DNA of 64,000 nt. It comes from a virus. Its lineage: Duplodnaviria; Caudoviricetes. Where the stretch lies: positions 424 through 64,423 of IMG/VR virus record IMGVR_UViG_3300035696_002955, one strand, 5' to 3'. The position numbers and the translations under genes are program-made. Numbering within the stretch: the stretch's first letter is position 1; each line of letters opens with the position of its first letter. The notes below the pieces were generated by a model. That model was not told the origin of the DNA, did not search any database, and saw nothing but the letters and a program-made list of their open reading frames with translations. Positions 44,573-50,955 of the stretch are shown in pieces.

Positions 44573-45762
44573 GCATCACCCTCCTGCAGGAAGCCATTAA
44601 GAGGCTGAATGACGTTCCTCCGCAGACCCCCTTCGAGGTAATCCGGGGAGTAACGATCCGGCGCAAAAAAAAGGGCTTGACGGTGATGCGCATCCATTAC
44701 ACGGCAATCCCCGACCGTGACCCGGAGACGCCCAAGGGAAAGGAATGGTTCGACCACGAGTACGCCCGGTACGCCTCGAAAGCGATGTGGAGGAAGGAGC
44801 AGGAGATCGACGCCTACGCCACCGGCGGCGAGGCAGTCTTCGGCTCCGTGCTCGGCAATGAGCAGCTTTACCAGGTCGTCGTCATCAGCGACCCGCTCTG
44901 GTCGCCGTACACGCATATACCCGGCGCCGGCGTCGTGGCAGGATTCGACCACGGCGTAACGAACGCCACGGCAATGCTGAAGGGCTACGTCCCGCGCGAG
45001 AGCTTCGACCCCAAGACGGGCCGGCGCAACCCCCCGGAACTCTACCTGTGCGGGGAGTTCTACCGCTTCCGCTCGAATGAGTGGCAGAACAATGTCGATG
45101 AGAACGTGGCCGAGATGAAGCAGATGCCGGACCTGGAGCGGGCCCGGTGGATCAAGGCTGATCCCTCGATCTTCTACGACGCCGTGGCGACGGACAAGGG
45201 CGCGCCGACGAACATCTACCAGACCTACAAAAAGAACAATATGTGGCCGATGACTCCCTACGACGGCGTACGCTCGGACGTGACCTTTGTCGAGTGGGTC
45301 ATGTCGGACTGGTGGCGCGGCATTGCCAACGGCAGGAAGCCCCGGCTCTACATCGTCTGCCGCAACCCGAGTGACCGTCCGCAGCCGGGCCTGCACCCCT
45401 ACGACTGCCCGAACCTGCTGTGGGAGATGAAGCGCGCCAAGCGCGTGCAGATGACTAGCCGGCAGTTGCTCACCAAGAACCCGTCAGAGGCGTTGCAGAA
45501 CAAAAATAACCACCTTTGCGATTGCTTCAAGCAAGTTCTGGGCACCCTGCGCAACCCCACGGAGATACCGGTCGACGAAGAAATCAACGAGGCGCTGGCA
45601 GGACTCGACGCTGCTACGGGGTCCATGCCGGCCCGGTTCCTGATGTCAAAGTTGGCCTTGCAGGGGAAGATTGATCCGCAGACGGGGAAGCCGCGCAATA
45701 AGAAAGGAGCCCGGCAGATTGATCTCCGTCGGGCTCCTGGGGTTGTGGCGCAGCATCGTTGA
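44569..45762 (+). CDS. Terminase large subunit, nuclease half
   Basis: HYTAIP lid region, VAGFDHG, ADPSIF, NHLCDCFK RNase H-like acidic motifs; ATGA overlap with own GGAGG SD. Confidence 0.85.
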   Translation: MSITLLQEAIKRLNDVPPQTPFEVIRGVTIRRKKKGLTVMRIHYTAIPDRDPETPKGKEWFDHEYARYASKAMWRKEQEIDAYATGGEAVFGSVLGNEQLYQVVVISDPLWSPYTHIPGAGVVAGFDHGVTNATAMLKGYVPRESFDPKTGRRNPPELYLCGEFYRFRSNEWQNNVDENVAEMKQMPDLERARWIKADPSIFYDAVATDKGAPTNIYQTYKKNNMWPMTPYDGVRSDVTFVEWVMSDWWRGIANGRKPRLYIVCRNPSDRPQPGLHPYDCPNLLWEMKRAKRVQMTSRQLLTKNPSEALQNKNNHLCDCFKQVLGTLRNPTEIPVDEEINEALAGLDAATGSMPARFLMSKLALQGKIDPQTGKPRNKKGARQIDLRRAPGVVAQHR

Positions 45763-45770
45763 GTCCTGCG

Positions 45771-46130
45771 TTAGATTCCAAGCGTGGCTCTAACGACTAG
45801 GCCAAACATTGCATCCTTGAGACGCTGATTTTCCGGCAGTTGACCATACGGCAAAAAGCATGGATGTTCTTTCGTCTCAGGGTTCTTGACGGGTCCGTAC
45901 TTCCAACCGTCTGCTTTCTTTGCTGCCAGCCAGCCTTCATGTGACTGTTGCGGGGTGGTTGAAGGGTTGTCTTCGATCATCTGGACGCCTTTGACTGCGC
46001 TGGACTTCTGCCATTCGGGAGCATCTTCCCACGATGTTTGCGAGTTATCTCCGAGTGCCTGGCAAAGAATCCTGTTTGCTTCATGGGCGGTTTGAGCGGC
46101 AAGGCGCTCACGTTCGACTGTCTGCTGCAT
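45771..46130 (-). CDS. RyR-domain phage protein
   Basis: SHEGWLAAKKADGWKYGPVKN...KEHPCFLPYGQLPENQRLKD. Confidence 0.85.
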   Translation of the reverse strand: MQQTVERERLAAQTAHEANRILCQALGDNSQTSWEDAPEWQKSSAVKGVQMIEDNPSTTPQQSHEGWLAAKKADGWKYGPVKNPETKEHPCFLPYGQLPENQRLKDAMFGLVVRATLGI

Positions 46131-46194
46131 GATCCTGTCTCCTGTGAACTGGTAAGTAATCCTTACAAGTTTGGTTATGCGCCGAAGCGCGGGA

Positions 46195-46788
46195 TTATTC
46201 GACTATTTCCCAGTCCTCCGCGAGTGCATCCGAGCATGAGACAGCACAGGGTTCCACATCACCCTGTGCTGTCTTGAGTGCCAAATATGGCCGGTAGGGG
46301 ACAAGTGCGTCCTCACCGAAGAATGACTTGGCTGCTCCGGTCTGAGCTTTATAGGAGTTCACAGGCACGAGGTAGATGAACGAGCCCTTGCCGTTCCAAC
46401 CAGTGCGGGAAACCTTCAAGCCTTTTTTCAGTGCCTCGAGTGCCGCGCCGAACGAGAGCAGCCTCGTGGTGGTCGATTGCGGATTGTCTGCCGGCGCTTG
46501 CGCTGGCGAGTTGCCTTCCTCGAACTGCTTGGCGGGACTGAAAGAAATGTACCCGTCTGCGTACTGCACCAGATACCAGCCAGCTTCAGGAACGGGCTTG
46601 TGGCCGATGTTGATGCGGCGTGAGGCGTAGCGTGCATCCACGAAGTGTACTTCGATGATCTCCCCTTCGTCGGTGGTCGTGTCAGTCCCTACGTTGACGA
46701 TGCTGGCGATCTTGAGCGCCCATACGGTCTTGTGCGAGGTATAGCGGGGCATCTCGATATTGACGCCGCTCTCTGCTGCTGTGACCAT
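46195..46788 (-). CDS. Two-domain protein ending in a DUF2829/Tad2-like (Thoeris anti-defence sponge) domain
   Basis: FGAALEALKKGLKVSRTGWNGKG...YLALKTAQG...SDALAEDW; N-terminal YTSHKTV...YLVQYADGYISFSP domain. Confidence 0.85.
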   Translation of the reverse strand: MVTAAESGVNIEMPRYTSHKTVWALKIASIVNVGTDTTTDEGEIIEVHFVDARYASRRINIGHKPVPEAGWYLVQYADGYISFSPAKQFEEGNSPAQAPADNPQSTTTRLLSFGAALEALKKGLKVSRTGWNGKGSFIYLVPVNSYKAQTGAAKSFFGEDALVPYRPYLALKTAQGDVEPCAVSCSDALAEDWEIVE

Positions 46789-46838
46789 GGTTCTAATCCC
46801 CTTTCAAGTTGAACTGCGTGGAGGTTAAAGCGGGACTC

Positions 46839-48557
46839 TTAGCGTCCTGCCACGGGTAACTGGTTGGTGGTTTCCCTGCCCAATATCGCCTCAGTTTTCA
46901 GCAAGACAGATGCCGCACTGGCAGCCGAGTTGAGCGCGGCCCGCACGACGCGGAGAGGGTCAACAATGCCAGCGTCGATCATGTCGGGAAGGAACGCGCC
47001 GGTGGCTGCATCAAAGCCGCCCCTGTCGGTCCCGGAGTAGATGGCATTGGCTTCCTTGACCTGTTGCACGATCTTCTCCCCGTTGTGCCCGGCGTTCTCG
47101 GCGATCTTCATAATGGGCCGTTGGAGGCATCCCAGCAGCAGCCAGTAGCCCCTCCCCTCGTCGGTCACATCATCGTCTACGCAAACCGCCGCTTCCGCTC
47201 CTTCCCCAGCGAACAAGAGAGCACTGCCGCCGCCCGGCACAACCCCCTCCGAGACGGCCGCGCGCGTGGCATGAATGGCGTCCTCGACCTGGAACTTGAC
47301 CTGGCGCACCGATTCGATCGACGTGCCGCCAACCTTGATTTCAGCTACGCCGCCGGTGAGCGCCGCCAGCCGGCCCTTCGCTGCGTCGATCTGGTCAGGG
47401 CGCAGGGAAGTGTCGTTGATGATGGTCCTGAGTTTGTCGAGGTAGGGGTTCAGCTTCTTGTCGACGTAGAACTCGGACGGCTTGGACGCGGTGAGGATCG
47501 TTGTCGTGGCAGTGACGACCACCTTCTCGGCATAGCCGAAATCATTGGCTGTCAACCCCTCGTAGGATTTGCCACGGCCGGACTCGATGCGCTGAGCTTC
47601 CGTGAGGATGGCAATATCTTCGAGCAGATCCCGGCGCGCATCTCCCCAGAGCGGGGTCTGGACTACGACGATGGGGATGGGAGACTCGCGCCGCAGTTTG
47701 TTGGTCAGCACGTTCTCCATCGCCTGCTTGTCGATCTCGTTGCAGAACACGATGATGTTGTAGGGTCGGCTCTTGCCCTTGGCCGCCATAATTGCCGCTT
47801 GCATGATCCTGGAGGCCTCGTCCGCGTTGTTGATGCGGTTGTCGATCAGGCAGACGGTGACCCGCTCGTAGACGGCCCGGTTGCGCTGCACGTCAGTGAT
47901 GAGGTACGGATGGGCGTACCCCGCTTTGATCTGCATCCCCTCCACCGTCTCTACGGAATGGTCCTGCGAGTAGCTGTCACCGATGGTGAGCGCGCCGTCG
48001 ACGCCAACCTTGAGCACAGCCTCCGACACGACTCTGGCAATCCCCTCGTCGCCATTGGCGCTGATGCGCGCGGCCTGGAAGGCCAGTTCCGGCGAGCAGG
48101 GAACTGCAAGGGATTCAAGGATGCCGCCGGAAAACTTCTTCGCCGCGAGGTCGTAGTTGCCGACCACATCCTTGACTGCCCGCTCGATGCCGCGGACAAG
48201 CTGCACCGGCTCTGCTCCTTCGTCTATGGCCTTGCAGCCGGCCTCGTAGATGGCGTGGCAAAGCAGGGTTGCCGTCGTGGTCCCGTCGCCGGCTTCATCG
48301 ACGGCCTGGCCAGCGGCCGCCTTCACCATCCTGGCGCCCAGGTTCTCGTACTGGTCGGGCAGATTGATCTCGCGGGCCACGGTCACGCCGTCCTTGGTGC
48401 TGATGGCGAGCCCCTGATGATCGAACAGCACCCAGCGGCCAGCAGGACCGAGAGTGGAGCAGACGGCCTGACTGATCTGTTGGACTCCCGCGAGGATGCG
48501 GGCGCGTGCGTCAGCGCCATACTTGTTGGCGCGGATAACTTCGACTGCTTCTTGCAT
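46839..48557 (-). CDS. groEL: Phage chaperonin GroEL-like (572 aa)
   Basis: TLGP.GR, TKDGVTVA, AGDGTTTAT, VEDAIHATRAA, GVVPGGG; GGGAGA SD before ATG 48557; no GGM tail. Confidence 0.95.
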   Translation of the reverse strand: MQEAVEVIRANKYGADARARILAGVQQISQAVCSTLGPAGRWVLFDHQGLAISTKDGVTVAREINLPDQYENLGARMVKAAAGQAVDEAGDGTTTATLLCHAIYEAGCKAIDEGAEPVQLVRGIERAVKDVVGNYDLAAKKFSGGILESLAVPCSPELAFQAARISANGDEGIARVVSEAVLKVGVDGALTIGDSYSQDHSVETVEGMQIKAGYAHPYLITDVQRNRAVYERVTVCLIDNRINNADEASRIMQAAIMAAKGKSRPYNIIVFCNEIDKQAMENVLTNKLRRESPIPIVVVQTPLWGDARRDLLEDIAILTEAQRIESGRGKSYEGLTANDFGYAEKVVVTATTTILTASKPSEFYVDKKLNPYLDKLRTIINDTSLRPDQIDAAKGRLAALTGGVAEIKVGGTSIESVRQVKFQVEDAIHATRAAVSEGVVPGGGSALLFAGEGAEAAVCVDDDVTDEGRGYWLLLGCLQRPIMKIAENAGHNGEKIVQQVKEANAIYSGTDRGGFDAATGAFLPDMIDAGIVDPLRVVRAALNSAASAASVLLKTEAILGRETTNQLPVAGR

Positions 48558-48603
48558 GTGTGCTTCTCCCTTTGGTGCGTTAGATGAACGGTTGGCGGTT
48601 GGC

Positions 48604-48948
48604 TTACGAGACGATGGTTCCCATGCCCAGCGGCAGGCACGGTTCGCTGTCAAATGGGGTGAGGAGCTTCTCTCCCAGCAATTCCGACTCGGCCAGGATC
48701 AGGTACTCGACCCCATCAAGGGTTTGCGGGTAACCGGAATACTGTCCGAACAGGACGCGGGTTCCCTCGACGGCTTCCTTGCAGTCGCGTCCTGCGGCGA
48801 TGACGGTTCCCTCGACGGCCTTCTGAAGAGGGTCACTCTGGGTTTCGATCAGAGGAGCGTCCTCGATCTGGATGGTCTTTCCTTTTAACTCGACCGGCAG
48901 GACCAGATAGCGGCTGCCGAACGGCCTGAATGCTGGTGTGGTGCTCAT
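48604..48948 (-). CDS. groES: Phage co-chaperonin GroES-like
   Basis: RPFGSRYLV, GTVIAAG, VLFGQYSG, YLILAESELLG; adjacent to groEL. Confidence 0.9.
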   Translation of the reverse strand: MSTTPAFRPFGSRYLVLPVELKGKTIQIEDAPLIETQSDPLQKAVEGTVIAAGRDCKEAVEGTRVLFGQYSGYPQTLDGVEYLILAESELLGEKLLTPFDSEPCLPLGMGTIVS

Positions 48949-48981
48949 GTGGGTATGCTCTCCTTCTGTGTTTGGTGTCAG

Positions 48982-49446
48982 TTAGAACGGAATGTCATCG
49001 TCTGTGATTTCGGTGTTTTGGTTGGTGCTGGTGCTAGTGCGGGGATTGCTGTAAACCTCCGTGCCTCCCGCGTAGCCCTGAGCACTTGCCGTCTGCTGTT
49101 CTTTCTGGCCGCCCTCCTTCGCGCCCAGCATCGACAGTTCGCGGATGACGATCTCGGTTGTGTACCGCTTCTCGCCATCCTTGTCATAGGAGCGCGTCTG
49201 AAGCTGTCCCTCGATGTACAGCGGAGAACCCTTCTTGACGTAATCGCGGATGATCTCTGCGGTCCTACTGAAGGCCACCAGCCGGTGCCATTCCGTGACC
49301 TCGTTTACAGGTTTGCCGTCCTTGCCGCCCGTCTTGTAACTGGTGGCTAGCGACAGGTTGGCGATGAGTGCGCCGCTCTGGGTGGTTAAAATCTTCGGTT
49401 CTTGGCCCACATAACCCATCAGGATTACTTTGTTGACTGTTCGCAT
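48982..49446 (-). CDS. ssb: Single-stranded DNA-binding protein
   Basis: VNKVILMG, TEWHRLV, GQLQTRSY, C-terminal DDIPF. Confidence 0.97.
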   Translation of the reverse strand: MRTVNKVILMGYVGQEPKILTTQSGALIANLSLATSYKTGGKDGKPVNEVTEWHRLVAFSRTAEIIRDYVKKGSPLYIEGQLQTRSYDKDGEKRYTTEIVIRELSMLGAKEGGQKEQQTASAQGYAGGTEVYSNPRTSTSTNQNTEITDDDIPF

Positions 49447-50204
49447 GATCCCCTCGTTTCGGTTGCTGTTTCATCAAAACCGGCATAGTAAAACTCCATC
49501 ATGGCGTTGAATGCGACCGCTGCCAGGTTGTGCTTCAGCGTGTGGAAGCGGTCATGCTCGATACGGAGAAGGTAATCAACAAAGTGCTGATTGGCGTGCC
49601 GCGCGATCACAGAGGGCTGGTTCCGTTCCATGCAGTTGCGGGAAGTGTCGCCTTCGATCCGGCGCGCGTGAAACGAATCCTTTCCATACTTCTCATTCCC
49701 GTAGCGGCCAATGTCGTTCATTGCCTCAAGGAATCCGGCAATAAGAAATTCAAGCCTGCCAGCGCTATATCCCATCGGCAACTCTTCGTAGGCCACTCCG
49801 GCCTCGCCCAACATCCCCCGAGCGATCTTGCACGGCACTTGCCAACGCTCAGGGACAGTAACGCGAAGAACTACCACCTTGACCACCCCGGCCTGGATCA
49901 GCAGGGCCGCGCACTGCGGGCAGGGACACATAGTGACGTAAGCGGTGGCGCCGCGCAGACTGTGGCCGTGGCGGGCGGCGGCGGCTACGGCGTTGGCTTC
50001 TGCATGGACGATGCGCGGATACTTGGCCACCCGGTCAGTCAATCGACCATCGTCGGCAATGCCTCGCGGAAAACCGTTGTACCCCTCGGAGAGTTGCGCG
50101 TGATCGTCGTCGACGATGACACATCCGACTTTCGTGCTGGGGTCTTTCGACCAGGATGCGACCAGCGCGGCCACCTCCAGAAACTTTCGATCCCAATTAC
50201 TCAT
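49425..50204 (-). CDS. dCMP deaminase fused to a DUF5664 (dATP/dGTP diphosphohydrolase-like) domain
   Basis: SKDPSTKVG, GYNG, HAEAN, PCPQC; then GRYGNEKYG...RHANQHF...HNLAAVAFNAMM in the same frame. Confidence 0.85.
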   Translation of the reverse strand: MSNWDRKFLEVAALVASWSKDPSTKVGCVIVDDDHAQLSEGYNGFPRGIADDGRLTDRVAKYPRIVHAEANAVAAAARHGHSLRGATAYVTMCPCPQCAALLIQAGVVKVVVLRVTVPERWQVPCKIARGMLGEAGVAYEELPMGYSAGRLEFLIAGFLEAMNDIGRYGNEKYGKDSFHARRIEGDTSRNCMERNQPSVIARHANQHFVDYLLRIEHDRFHTLKHNLAAVAFNAMMEFYYAGFDETATETRGSCEQSTK

Positions 50205-50524
50205 GCTGCTTTACCCCCTTTGAGGTGCATTCCGACAAGGTGGCATCTCCAACATCCCCATCGGAGGTTGTCTTCTCCCCAGCCACCAAGTGACCGAGAA
50301 CGGATGTGAACCAGATGGCCGTGACTCCAAGGGTCCGGTCCATCCAGCGGCAGGACTCCAGAGATGCAGTCGGGCATTAACTTCAACTCGCAGCAGCCGC
50401 CGGCACGCTCGTAAATCTTGAGACGAATGGCTGCCTTCTCGGCTGCCGTGGGCTGCCCGCGGCGCGGTGGGCCGGTACGCTTCTTACGAACGGGTGTCCT
50501 GCGGATAAATGCGGTTCGGTTCAT
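50201..50524 (-). CDS. HNH-like endonuclease
   Basis: ERAGGCCE...HGHLVHIRSRSLGG...NLRWGCWRCH. Confidence 0.7.
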   Translation of the reverse strand: MNRTAFIRRTPVRKKRTGPPRRGQPTAAEKAAIRLKIYERAGGCCELKLMPDCISGVLPLDGPDPWSHGHLVHIRSRSLGGWGEDNLRWGCWRCHLVGMHLKGGKAA

Positions 50525-50609
50525 TACTCATCCTGTCTCGCGCACCAAAGCGCGAATAGAATCAATGCCACGGCCAGAGCGCCGCCCAACCAAGTGTCAT
50601 GTGCGGGCA

Positions 50610-50936
50610 TCACTTATTCTTCTTCTTCTTCCTCGTAGGGGAAGCCTCTTGCTTTTCCGCACAACTGTCGCCGGGGTTGGTGGTGTACTTGCTGCGCGCG
50701 CCGTGTCCGGGCTGTTCACACAAAGGGCAATACGCTCTTACGAGCGATCCGTCGAGCAAGAAGGGCTCTGCGTGATTGCGGCAGATGCACTGCTTTTTGA
50801 AGTTGGTCAGTGGAACTTTCTTGGGGCCAGCCTTGGCGCTGTCGTCGTCGTGGTCCGTGATTCCCAAGGCGGCAAAATCATCGCTGGTGTGCATCCCCGG
50901 CCCGGTTCGGTAGCTTGCGTTCGTCTGCATTTCCAT
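50610..50936 (-). CDS. Small Zn-finger protein with a basic tail
   Basis: AAAGGAG SD; CICRNH...CPLC...H. Confidence 0.6.
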   Translation of the reverse strand: MEMQTNASYRTGPGMHTSDDFAALGITDHDDDSAKAGPKKVPLTNFKKQCICRNHAEPFLLDGSLVRAYCPLCEQPGHGARSKYTTNPGDSCAEKQEASPTRKKKKNK

Positions 50937-50955
50937 TGTCTTGTTACGTCTCCTT

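Noticed and set aside
44550-44585. Programmed frameshift joining the TerL halves
   Set aside because: No slippery heptamer seen; ATGA overlap with its own SD indicates translational coupling
48751-48819. 15-bp direct repeat (AVEGT twice) and 9-bp inverted repeat in groES
   Set aside because: Short, coding and explained by a repeated peptide plus the CAGGAC core motif
49425-49780. 2-aminoadenine (Z-genome) pathway suggested by DUF5664
   Set aside because: No purZ, datZ or phage DNA polymerase in the window
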